Assembly (NCBI GenBank): GCA_963783355.1
Contig: CAWANF010000001.1
Span: forward strand, 326,776-390,775
Reading direction: 5' to 3'
Origin: an uncultured bacterium
Lineage (GTDB): Bacteria > Bacteroidota > Rhodothermia > Balneolales > DATFMH01
DNA: 64,000 nt
Each line of letters opens with the position of its first letter. The first letter of the stretch is position 1. Made by a program: the position numbers and the translations under genes. Below are positions 1 through 8,906 of the stretch, piece by piece. The notes under the pieces were generated by a model, which saw nothing but the letters and a program-made list of their open reading frames with translations, searched no databases and was not told the DNA's origin.

Positions 1-860
1 CATCCAACATTTACTTTGTTACCTCCGATTCCCTCAAAGGCCCTGTTCATACAAATGGAACAATTCATGTTTCCGGCAACCCTGTATTTGAAGGCCAGGT
101 GACCAGTCCAAATCAGTGGTCAGGTTCCGGAAGCCCCAAATTCTTGGGAGGATATAACTTTAACAGCAGTTCGGTACAGTTGCCTACCAATTTTACTGCT
201 CTCGATAATATGGCATCCAATGGTGGTTTACAATTTTCAAATACTATAAAAGTCCTGTTTAATTCAGATGGAACTGTAGATATCAGTCAGCAACAAAAAA
301 CATGGGGAGGTTGGACCGTAGGATATGTTTATTCCTGGAGTACTCCCCAATCGTATGATCTTTCGAATTATAATGGAGTAATCACTTCCAGTCAAAATGT
401 ATACGTTCAGGGAGACTTGAATGGACAGGTTACTATTCATTCGGATGGAAATATTCATATAACCGGAGATTTAACCTATGCCGACAATCCGGTGACAGAT
501 CCAAATTCGAAAGATATGCTGGGCCTGGTCAGTAATAATAATGTTATAGTTGACGATGGTGCCGAATCGGTAAATGGTACGAATGATTTAACGATACAAG
601 CCAGTATTCTGGCTTCTAATTCCTTCTACGTACAGGATTATAATAATACGTATATCGGCACGAGAGGAAACTTAAACTTATTAGGTGGCGTCATACAAAA
701 TACCCGCGGCCCAGTAGGTACTTTTATGTCGTATGGTGGAAATATCACCAGCGTATCGGGTTACAGTAAAAGATACGATTACGACAACAGGTTAATGAGT
801 CAATGGCCACCGGGCTATCCACTTGAAGATTCTTATTCTATTGTATCCTGGAAAGAATAA
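1..860 (+). CDS. Large PilX-like pilus-associated protein, 5'-truncated by the window edge (paralog of 11688..12935)
   Basis: The reading frame is open from base 3 (SNIYFVTSDSLKGPVHTNGTIHVSGNPVFEGQVTSPNQW...) and is collinear with residues about 130-415 of the 11688..12935 product. The listed GTG at 99 is therefore internal. Both copies share the C-terminal block GYSK.Y.YDNRLMS.WPPGYPL.DSYSIV.WKE. Confidence 0.6.
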   Translation, partial: SNIYFVTSDSLKGPVHTNGTIHVSGNPVFEGQVTSPNQWSGSGSPKFLGGYNFNSSSVQLPTNFTALDNMASNGGLQFSNTIKVLFNSDGTVDISQQQKTWGGWTVGYVYSWSTPQSYDLSNYNGVITSSQNVYVQGDLNGQVTIHSDGNIHITGDLTYADNPVTDPNSKDMLGLVSNNNVIVDDGAESVNGTNDLTIQASILASNSFYVQDYNNTYIGTRGNLNLLGGVIQNTRGPVGTFMSYGGNITSVSGYSKRYDYDNRLMSQWPPGYPLEDSYSIVSWKE

Positions 861-889
861 GAAGTCATTTTCACCTGTAATGATCGATA

Positions 890-935
890 GCGGATAAACA
901 AAATATTTATTCTTTGTTTATCCGCCTTCTGTTTT
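890..935 (+). terminator. Rho-independent terminator after the first PilX-like gene
   Basis: Perfect 13-bp stem gcggataaacaaa (890-902) / tttgtttatccgc (913-925) with a 10-nt loop, followed by T-rich cttctgttttgtt. Confidence 0.6.
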
Positions 936-1478
936 GTTAAATTGATGGTTTGAAGCCTTTTACGCAAATTTATATTAAAATAATATAATTATTTAGATAT
1001 TTATTAAATGCAATAATAACAATTATTTATATATCTATGTAATTAAATTTATTAAAAATTTTTAATCAATATATTTGCACTTGATCGGAAAACATCTAAA
1101 TTTGAAAGAAACTCAAGATCTATCGTTAAAAGGTTTATTGTGCCTGTTAATGATACTAAATATCGGGGGGCTAATGACAATAAGTATTTCGTTACTTATC
1201 GTTAGCAGAAATATTAAAAAATACATAGAATGGGTAATTCAAAAATTTAACCCTATAGCATATCTTCCCCCTGTAAAACCCGAAATCATACAAGAATTTC
1301 GGAAATCTCCTTTTAAATTATATATCTATAAATCATTATTTATTATAGTATTAAGGGCTATAGTATCTGTGTGCTCCGATGATTTTGAAGATTTTAGCTG
1401 TCAGGTGGAATGTTTACCTGCAAATAAATTTCGTATAAAAATTTATCCAATATTCAGAACTAAACGATTGGAATTTAA

Positions 1479-2720
1479 ATGGAAGTGAGTAACCAACTTA
1501 TCGACCTTCATGAATTACTAAAACCTCTCATTCAGAAGGTTCCTAAGTCTGTCACCGGCATAGAACGTCATTTGAAAATTGCAGATATCATAGAACAGCA
1601 ATCGGATGAGTTCAGAATGAAACTCAGGCAGATCATAGACTTTTACCTGGAAGAAATGATTCGTCTGGAAGCATCTGATATTGATTTGGGTGGTCCTGGC
1701 TGTGATGGCAAAGTATGGTATCGGGTATATGGGGATAAAAATCCAGGGATAGAGAAAGATACTTATTCGCTCACGGAAACGGACTTCTTGCTACATAACA
1801 TTTTGATGCCCCAGCAAAGAGAATACCTGTTGGAAGAGCGGAATCTGGATTTTTCATACATGATTAATGAGTATTCAGACACTCCGCAAAGATATCGTGC
1901 CGACATGTATTTTGATCTGGATCACCTGGCTCTGAATATGCGTAAGATTGATAATACGATTCGATCATTCAAGGGACTTGGCTTGCACCCTGAAGTAGCA
2001 AAAGCCCTGAGCCTGAAATATTACAAATATGGTATGTCACTGGTAACGGGGATAACGGGTTCGGGTAAGTCTTCAACGTTAGATACCATAATTGACGCCA
2101 ATAACCGAACATTACCAGCACATATAATTATTATTGCATCACCTGTTGAGTTAATTCATCAGCCGATAAAATCTATCGTTCGGCATCGTGAAGTCGGTAA
2201 AGATGTTAAATCCTTCAAAGAAGGTGCTATTCAGGCTTTACGTCAGGATCCCGACATCATTATGATTGGAGAGCTTAGGGATCCTGAAACCATCATGACG
2301 GCACTGGAAATTACTGATTCAGGCCATAAAACTTTCAGCACACTACACACATCGTCAGCTATGGAAAGTATTGAACGTATTTTGGGAGAAGTTCCAGTAG
2401 CTGAGCAGGAGCGTGTGAGGAATCGTTTAGCTGACGTGCTCACTTGCGTTATCAGTCAAAAGTTGGTATCGAGTGTCGACGGAAAACGAGTTTTGGCAAA
2501 AGAAGTTCTGATAACAACTCCTTCGGTGAAAGCTGCTATTCGAAATAATAATATCGGTGAAATATATCAGATGATGATGGAAGGTGGTGATACTGGCATG
2601 CATTCCATGGAGCAAGATCTAAAAAGATTATATGATGAGGGGAAAATTACCAAAGATGAGGCATTAAACAATGCCAATAACAAAAAACGTTTGGCTGACC
2701 TTTTGAAATATGCGTATTAA
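1479..2720 (+). CDS. pilT: Type IV pilus retraction ATPase, PilT/PilU family
   Basis: Walker A GITGSGKSSTLD, Asp-box/Walker B DPDIIMIGELRD, His-box GHKTFSTLHTSSA. The N-terminus has ASDIDLGG in place of the usual ASDLHL. Size and the lack of a GspE-type N-domain fit PilT. An alternative ATG at 1617 would give a more canonical protein of about 367 aa. Confidence 0.85.
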   Translation: MEVSNQLIDLHELLKPLIQKVPKSVTGIERHLKIADIIEQQSDEFRMKLRQIIDFYLEEMIRLEASDIDLGGPGCDGKVWYRVYGDKNPGIEKDTYSLTETDFLLHNILMPQQREYLLEERNLDFSYMINEYSDTPQRYRADMYFDLDHLALNMRKIDNTIRSFKGLGLHPEVAKALSLKYYKYGMSLVTGITGSGKSSTLDTIIDANNRTLPAHIIIIASPVELIHQPIKSIVRHREVGKDVKSFKEGAIQALRQDPDIIMIGELRDPETIMTALEITDSGHKTFSTLHTSSAMESIERILGEVPVAEQERVRNRLADVLTCVISQKLVSSVDGKRVLAKEVLITTPSVKAAIRNNNIGEIYQMMMEGGDTGMHSMEQDLKRLYDEGKITKDEALNNANNKKRLADLLKYAY

Positions 2721-2744
2721 TCACTCATTAAAATACCCGGCACC

Positions 2745-4439
2745 TTGAGTAAAAAAGAATTCGTTGGCTTAGTACTTGATGGAGATATCATTCAGGTCGC
2801 ACATCTTTCGATTGCGAATAAGAAGCTTTATCTCTCAAAAATTGATAAAATTACTCTTTCAGAGAATCCTGAAAACCATAAAAACAACACCGAAGATGAT
2901 TTGGGGTTGGAAGATGTTTTCGGAATTGAAGAAACGGTAGAAGCGGAAGAATCGAATAGCGAAATTGATGATAAATCGGGTGAGGAAGATGATATTCTAG
3001 CCTTGGTGGGTGAAGATGATCCCGAAATTCAATCCGATGAAATGGTGATACAAGGACTGCTTTCCAGTATCAATATGAAGCAGGTTGATATCGGATTGAA
3101 TATTCCATCGGGAACAACGGTTTTTCAGGTTTTCAAAGATGAAAATTATAAAGACCTGAAAAATAAAGAACTCCTGGAAATCATACAGGACAAACTCGAA
3201 ACACTGTATGGTTCTCCGAAATCATCTGACAGTTTTGCCCGGGAGATTCGTTCTGACGGCGCGTTAGTCTTGGCCTCCAATGAGAATGAGTCGGTATTTC
3301 TGGATTTGGTTGAACGGAGTAAAACATTATATCCCGGTAAGGTATTTATCCGGGAAGTGTTGCCTGACGAAGGAATATTAATAGATTTGGTTCGGGCTAA
3401 TTACCAATTAGATGAAAATGAAGTAACCGGTATCGTTTTACTGGGAACTAAAACAAGTCGCTTGATTTTCATGAAAGGCCGTGAGCTTTGGCTGGTTTCC
3501 CCTGTCATTAATGAAGGAAAAAATTCGAGCCATGTGCTTGGCACTATATTCAGCAAAATCTTATTCCAGCTAGATGCCGGGGAACTGCCAAGTCTCGAAC
3601 GTATCATACTGGCTAACAATTGGCTAGGTGAGAAATCAGTAGATTTTTTTCAGAAAAACTTTCCTGATATCCTTGTTGAGGAATTCAAATTTAATCCCGA
3701 AAAAATTGAATTTGATTCCAAACTAGATGAAGAAGCGGTCAGCCATTATACAACAGCTATTGGAATTGCGTGGGCGGCAACCGGATTAAATGCTAAGGAG
3801 TTCAACAATTATTCATTTTTACCTGAATATATCAGGGAGCGTCAAAAACTGTTCAAACTGGAATGGCATGGTGTTGTTCTGTTATTACTGATAGCTTTAA
3901 CCCCCATTTGGTTCAATCATTTTTATGGCATTAATAACAATAGAATTTTAAAGCTGAAGAATGATTTGGAAAGAACACAGATCCAATTGAATAATATTCA
4001 TTCCATCGTCGTCGGCACCAATTACTTAAGCCAGAAATACACCACTGATAATGAACGACTGAAGTATGTTAAAGAATTGAGTGGAGGTACGTTAAAGTGG
4101 AGTACGACGCTGCAGATTATCAATGATGGTTTTAAAAATATCAAGGGAGCATGGATAACATCAATGCAAACAGCCAAAAACGGGATATCCATTCAGGGTT
4201 ACAGTTTATACCGGGATAAAATTCCTGAAATAACGGCAATTTTTGCTAATGCCACGCTTCAAAGTGTAAGTATTGCCAAAATAAGAGAATTGCAGGCTTA
4301 CAAGTACAGCATTTTTATTAATAAGGTTGTTAGTGATTCCGCAAAATTTTCCCCGATTCATAATGAAAAATCAAATTATGCTTTTGATTCCGGGAAAATT
4401 AAGAGCGGACTCTTGACTTCGGTTAAAGATCATAAATAG
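2745..4439 (+). CDS. PilM-like (actin-fold) N-terminal part fused to a PilN-like TM plus coiled-coil part
   Basis: TTG start. The N-terminus EFVGLVLDGDIIQVAHL resembles the first strand of PilM/FtsA-like proteins. One TM helix (GVVLLLLIALTPIWFNHFY) lies about two-thirds along, followed by a coiled-coil-like segment (LKLKNDLERTQIQLNNI), as in PilN. An acidic low-complexity insert follows the first ~45 aa. The gene sits between pilT and a PilO-like gene. Confidence 0.55.
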   Translation: MSKKEFVGLVLDGDIIQVAHLSIANKKLYLSKIDKITLSENPENHKNNTEDDLGLEDVFGIEETVEAEESNSEIDDKSGEEDDILALVGEDDPEIQSDEMVIQGLLSSINMKQVDIGLNIPSGTTVFQVFKDENYKDLKNKELLEIIQDKLETLYGSPKSSDSFAREIRSDGALVLASNENESVFLDLVERSKTLYPGKVFIREVLPDEGILIDLVRANYQLDENEVTGIVLLGTKTSRLIFMKGRELWLVSPVINEGKNSSHVLGTIFSKILFQLDAGELPSLERIILANNWLGEKSVDFFQKNFPDILVEEFKFNPEKIEFDSKLDEEAVSHYTTAIGIAWAATGLNAKEFNNYSFLPEYIRERQKLFKLEWHGVVLLLLIALTPIWFNHFYGINNNRILKLKNDLERTQIQLNNIHSIVVGTNYLSQKYTTDNERLKYVKELSGGTLKWSTTLQIINDGFKNIKGAWITSMQTAKNGISIQGYSLYRDKIPEITAIFANATLQSVSIAKIRELQAYKYSIFINKVVSDSAKFSPIHNEKSNYAFDSGKIKSGLLTSVKDHK

Positions 4440-4454
4440 TAAAGTTGCAAACAT

Positions 4455-5303
4455 ATGTCATATGCTTTAAGAAATACCTTGATTTTATTAGCTGTTCTGG
4501 GAATTCTTTCCTTTAGCGGATGGGGTTATTTGCATTTCATACAAAGTAAAGAAATTGTCACTTTAGAAGCGCAGATTAAAAGTACAAAGCAAAAATTGAG
4601 GAATGATAACAATGTTGCCGATCGGTACCAATCGGTTTTAAAACAATATGTTATCATGCAGGCCAAGCTTCAGCAATTCAATAAGGTGTTGTTTCCGAGG
4701 CTTGATGCCAGTGATGTATATGCTTATTTGGATAAGGTAAGTCGTGGAAATGCTTATTTAAATATTAATTTCACTCTGAAAGATTCGGTTAAGCACGAGA
4801 AGTATGGCTACATAAAAAGCAGCCTTGTGGGGGATGGGAATTACAGAAACCTGTATAATCTCATTTATGTATTAGAACATAGTAGAGCAATCAATAAAAT
4901 TCAAAATTTGGTTATTAACCCTGTTAACGAAGTGGATAAATACAGCCAGGTCAACTATTCCTTTGATCTGGATAGCTATTACGACAGGAGCCCGTCACCT
5001 GAAAAAGTATCTATAAAGCTGGTTAGTTCCGGTGGCAAGGTTAGACGTAATCCATTTTATCCATTGATTCGCAGTATAAAACCAAATGATGAAAACCTGC
5101 CTAATGTAGAACAGAGTAAGCTGCTTGCCGTAGGTACGAACTTTATTTTTATGGTCGACCAGGATGGCAAGATTGATAAACTGTCAATCGGTGATAAAGT
5201 ATATCTTGGAACGCTCGATACTGTAAATATTACCCAAAAGACAGCCACTTTTATGCTTAATAAAGGCGGAATTTTAGATAAAGTAACCCTAAAGGTCCAG
5301 TAA
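4455..5303 (+). CDS. PilO-like bitopic protein with a possible PilP-like C-terminal beta domain
   Basis: N-terminal TM helix (TLILLAVLGILSFSGWGYLHFI) followed by a coiled coil (LEAQIKSTKQKLRND). The C-terminus (KLSIGDKVYLGTLDTVNITQKTATFMLNKGG) resembles the PilP core. The stop abuts the secretin start (5303/5304). Confidence 0.45.
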   Translation: MSYALRNTLILLAVLGILSFSGWGYLHFIQSKEIVTLEAQIKSTKQKLRNDNNVADRYQSVLKQYVIMQAKLQQFNKVLFPRLDASDVYAYLDKVSRGNAYLNINFTLKDSVKHEKYGYIKSSLVGDGNYRNLYNLIYVLEHSRAINKIQNLVINPVNEVDKYSQVNYSFDLDSYYDRSPSPEKVSIKLVSSGGKVRRNPFYPLIRSIKPNDENLPNVEQSKLLAVGTNFIFMVDQDGKIDKLSIGDKVYLGTLDTVNITQKTATFMLNKGGILDKVTLKVQ

Positions 5304-6545
5304 ATGTCATCAATGCAAAGAACATCTATCCCCAAAATCCTTTTAATGCTTGCTGTAGGGTTCCTGCTTTTGGGAACCACAGTATCACAATCGTTTGCCC
5401 AGGATAAATTACCGGTTCGGGAACATACGAATCCGGACGAAATGATTTCTTTGGGTAAAGATATGTCTTTCAGTCAGGCAATTGATATTCTGAATACTTT
5501 TTCTCAAAAGTTTGATAACAAATTCATTCTCAATCGATCTACTGCAAAGGGGGCGATTGGTGTGAGTCTGCCTCCGATGTATTGGTACGACGCTCTTAAG
5601 TATATTACTGAGACAAAAGGGATTGTAATAGAACCACACGACAAATATTACGAATTGAAAGATGCCCCGTCTGAAAACAATAACCAGGTTCAGCCGACAG
5701 CAGCCAATGGTCAAAAAGGCCCCAAAATTGATACAAAAACACGGGAAGTGCGTATATCAGCTACATTCTTTGATGGGAGTCGTACTGCTTTCCAGGAACT
5801 GGGCATCGATTGGTCGACATTTAAAGATGGAATTGTTCAGATTGGTGGAACCGGCGCAACGTCCGTGGCCAATGACTACTTTTCTGTTCAAACGCTGAAA
5901 CCGATTGAGATAGGACATGGTATATCAGTTCAGGGATTATTTAAAGCTTTTGAATCAAAAAATCTTGGTCAGATATTGGCGCGGCCGACAATCAAAGTCA
6001 TGGATGGGATGGAAGGCCATATTCAGGTAGGTCAGGACTTTTCTATCAATCAGCGTGATTTCGCAGGAAACGTGGTGACAAAGTTCTTTAGTGTCGGTAC
6101 CATTTTAACTGTTACACCGCATATTATCACAGAAAACGACACTACGTTTATTTATATGAAACTGCACGTAGAGCGTTCGACCGCCCAGCCGGACCCGGTT
6201 AGTACAATCGTCAATAAGCAATCTGCTGATTCCGATATTATGCTGTTAAGCGGGGAATCCACAGTTATTGCCGGACTATATCAGACAGAGGTTAATAAAA
6301 TCAGAAAAGGTATTCCTATCTTAAAGGATTTGCCGGCGTGGTTTTTCGGGCTCAGATATTTATTCGGTTATAATTCGAAAGAATATAAAGAGCGGGAACT
6401 GGTAATTTTGATTAAAGCAAGTATCGACCCGGGCCTCAAACAGAGAATGAAAGAAGAAAAGAAATCAACACAAGAGATTTTGGATCACGAGCGTGCAAAA
6501 ATGAATAAAGAAAATGAAATTTCAAAAAAGGGAACGAAATACTAG
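5304..6545 (+). CDS. pilQ: Secretin (PilQ/GspD family), short form
   Basis: Signal peptide ending SFAQ. Secretin-domain hallmarks are present: ILARPTIKVMDGMEGHIQVGQDF, GTILTVTPHI, SGESTVIAGLYQ, GIPILKDLPAWFFGLRYLFG, RELVILIKASI. At 413 aa it has no room for AMIN domains. Confidence 0.85.
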   Translation: MSSMQRTSIPKILLMLAVGFLLLGTTVSQSFAQDKLPVREHTNPDEMISLGKDMSFSQAIDILNTFSQKFDNKFILNRSTAKGAIGVSLPPMYWYDALKYITETKGIVIEPHDKYYELKDAPSENNNQVQPTAANGQKGPKIDTKTREVRISATFFDGSRTAFQELGIDWSTFKDGIVQIGGTGATSVANDYFSVQTLKPIEIGHGISVQGLFKAFESKNLGQILARPTIKVMDGMEGHIQVGQDFSINQRDFAGNVVTKFFSVGTILTVTPHIITENDTTFIYMKLHVERSTAQPDPVSTIVNKQSADSDIMLLSGESTVIAGLYQTEVNKIRKGIPILKDLPAWFFGLRYLFGYNSKEYKERELVILIKASIDPGLKQRMKEEKKSTQEILDHERAKMNKENEISKKGTKY

Positions 6546-6567
6546 TTGTTAATTCTGAAAATGTGTT

Positions 6568-6608
6568 AAGCCCTGACTGAATTAATATTGGTCAGGGCTT
6601 TTATTTTA
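6568..6608 (+). terminator. Rho-independent terminator after the secretin gene
   Basis: Perfect 10-bp stem aagccctgac (6568-6577) / gtcagggctt (6591-6600) followed by ttttatttt. Confidence 0.7.
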
Positions 6609-7068
6609 TATAGTCTTTTGGGTGGTGTCTATCCTTATTCATCAGGTCGATTCTTAAGAAATAGTATGTTTTGTCTTTTTATTCCCATCTTTTGGCAGGT
6701 ATCTCAAGGTTTTCAAGATTAGATTTATAAGTGATATTGAGAAATAGCCCTAATTAAAAAGGTTATATCACAATCTTATTTGAAAATTTGATGAAAGTTT
6801 AATTAATCCGATCGGTTAGCAATTACGAATTGTTAATAGAGGCTAATGAAAAATGTGGTTTAATGTTCTTTCAGATATTGTGTAATTCCTGTTAATTTTA
6901 AGGAAAATAAACAGATAAGATCGATGTAATTTGCTGGGGGATAACTATTAGATGTTTATAACATAACTGATAATAAGAATATCTTTCAGTACTATTTCAC
7001 TAAGTAAATGGCAAAATTAGGGTCATAATAAGGGTAAGATAATCAGCCATTTTATTAATGAGGGATAA

Positions 7069-7467
7069 ATGGGTCAACAACAGTTACTCATCGTACTAAT
7101 AGTCGCTATTATAGTCAGTATAGCAACGTTATTAGCGGTTAACATTCTGAAAATGAATGCAAAAACCTCTAATCGTGATTCGGTAAGACAGGATGTTTTT
7201 ACGATAGCGGCAGAAGCTCAAAGCTGGTATATCAAACCTCAGGTTTTAAAAGGCGGCGGCAATACTTTTAAAGGGGTGAATTTTGACAAAATAGGTTTTG
7301 GTTACGATTCATTGATAAGCGAAACAGATGTGATGAACGGCAATGGGGAATACAAAATGGTGGTAACCGATTCGGTTATCACAGTTACAGCCATACCTGT
7401 TCATGATAAACAAAATGTATTGAAGGCAAAGATAAAACGAGCTGCAATAACAATAGAAAGCGATTAA
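7069..7467 (+). CDS. Pilin-like protein with a non-canonical N-terminus (candidate major subunit)
   Basis: 132 aa. The N-terminus MGQQQLLIVLIVAIIVSIATLLAV is a pilin-type hydrophobic helix but lacks F/M-T-L-I-E and has no Glu at +5. An in-frame TAA at 7066-7068 excludes a longer leader. The gene is first in the pilC-pilB unit, with GAGGGA upstream of the ATG. Confidence 0.5.
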   Translation: MGQQQLLIVLIVAIIVSIATLLAVNILKMNAKTSNRDSVRQDVFTIAAEAQSWYIKPQVLKGGGNTFKGVNFDKIGFGYDSLISETDVMNGNGEYKMVVTDSVITVTAIPVHDKQNVLKAKIKRAAITIESD

Positions 7468-7541
7468 TAGTAGTATCACGGATTTGGGTATGTTTAATAA
7501 AATTGAAAATAGAAACCAAAAAACTCAGATGAGGGGTCGTT

Positions 7542-8885
7542 ATGGCATCATTTAGATTAACAGGTATTACGGCCCAGGGGAAAATTGTTCAGGGTGAATT
7601 TGAAGCCCGTAGCAAACACGAAGCAAAACGCAGAGCTGAAAAATTAGCTAACAGCAGACAGTTTTCAATTAAATCCATTGAACAAAAGGGGATCTATTCA
7701 TATAAAGTAAATCGTCCTGGAAAACTTAAACCGGTCATTAAAGGACAACAGGAAGCCTATAATAAAGAAGAAGTTGAAAAGGCATTAAACAAACTGGGTT
7801 ACAATGTTCTGCGCATCGAAAAGCAGCTGATTACTTTTAAAACAAAAGTCCCGACAAAAGATATAGTTACTTTTATCAGGTTGTCTGCTGATTTATTAAA
7901 GCAAAAATTGCGTTATGATGAGATTTTAAGCCTTTTATACGAGGACACCCAAAACAAGGGTATGAAAGAAACCATCAAACAGATACAGAAGGATCTAAAA
8001 GATGGTAAAGAAGGGGCAGATGTTTATAGTAAACACGAAGATGTATTTGGGGAATTTGCAGCATATATGCTGAGCGTAGCTTCCACAAGTGGTAATATGG
8101 CCCTGGTTTTTGAAAGCACAGCAAAATTTTTAGAAAGGAAGGCGGCGTTTCGGCGTAATTTGAGAAAATCATTACTCATGCCTTCCATTACGGTTCTTGC
8201 TGTCATCGGGGTCACGTTATTTTATATCGGTTATATTTTCCCGGCAATGTCGGAGGTATTTTTAACACTGAAAATTAAGTTGCCTCCAATGACTGCTGCA
8301 ACATTGAATTTCAGCCATGCACTGCAAAACAACTGGATGTTTATACTGATGTGTTTGTTTACACCGATTGCAGCTTTCGTTACATATATCCAGACATCCA
8401 ATGGGAAGCTCTGGCTCGATCGCACCATTATCAAGCTGCCTGTCATTGGTGATTTGATGCATAAAACGAGTATCGAAATTTTTGCCCGCGTTTTTTACAC
8501 ACTGTATAGTGGCTCCGGACAAAATATAGAGGTCATTCGTACTGCAGCCGAAGCTTGTCAGAACAGATATATGGAGCAAAGAATTAAAAATATAGCGATT
8601 AAGAATATGCTTCAGGGTGGGGCCGGACTTGTAGAATCTTTAGAAGAAACAGAAATATTTACTAAGACTGCTCTTAGTCGATTCCGCTTGGGGGCTGAAT
8701 CGGGTTCATTGAAAGAAAATGCAAGACAGCTTGCTGAATATTATGAAATACAAACAACGTACAAAATGGATACAGCTGTCGATGTAATAAATTTATTTGT
8801 GAATTTCTTCATAATGATAGCACTTACCGCTATTACCATTATTTCATCAGAAACAGCAATCATTCAACCGCATTTTGGCGGATAA
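7542..8885 (+). CDS. pilC: Type IV pilus platform protein PilC (T2SS F family)
   Basis: 447 aa with a duplicated GspF-like architecture: two cytoplasmic helical domains, each followed by hydrophobic helices (LAVIGVTLFYIGYIFPAM; FFIMIALTAITIIS). The N-terminus is PilC-like (FRLTGITAQGKIVQGEFEA). Confidence 0.85.
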   Translation: MASFRLTGITAQGKIVQGEFEARSKHEAKRRAEKLANSRQFSIKSIEQKGIYSYKVNRPGKLKPVIKGQQEAYNKEEVEKALNKLGYNVLRIEKQLITFKTKVPTKDIVTFIRLSADLLKQKLRYDEILSLLYEDTQNKGMKETIKQIQKDLKDGKEGADVYSKHEDVFGEFAAYMLSVASTSGNMALVFESTAKFLERKAAFRRNLRKSLLMPSITVLAVIGVTLFYIGYIFPAMSEVFLTLKIKLPPMTAATLNFSHALQNNWMFILMCLFTPIAAFVTYIQTSNGKLWLDRTIIKLPVIGDLMHKTSIEIFARVFYTLYSGSGQNIEVIRTAAEACQNRYMEQRIKNIAIKNMLQGGAGLVESLEETEIFTKTALSRFRLGAESGSLKENARQLAEYYEIQTTYKMDTAVDVINLFVNFFIMIALTAITIISSETAIIQPHFGG

Positions 8886-8906
8886 GAGATTAAAAGAGGT
8901 TTAGAT

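Noticed and set aside
1075-1488. 137-aa ORF (TTG start) in the AT-rich gap upstream of pilT
   Set aside because: The composition looks like random translation of AT-rich DNA (runs of I/K/L/F/Y). It uses a TTG start with no ribosome-binding site and shows no recognisable motif. I treat 936-1478 as promoter/leader DNA, and saw no riboswitch-like conserved core by eye.
6609-7068. Sigma-54 or Bacteroidetes-type promoter upstream of the pilin-like gene
   Set aside because: I looked for TGGCAC-N5-TTGC. The only TGGCA-like strings (for example TGGCAG at 6693-6698) lack a GC element at the right spacing. TAATTTG at 6927-6933 does not fit TAnnTTTG. No promoter call can be supported.
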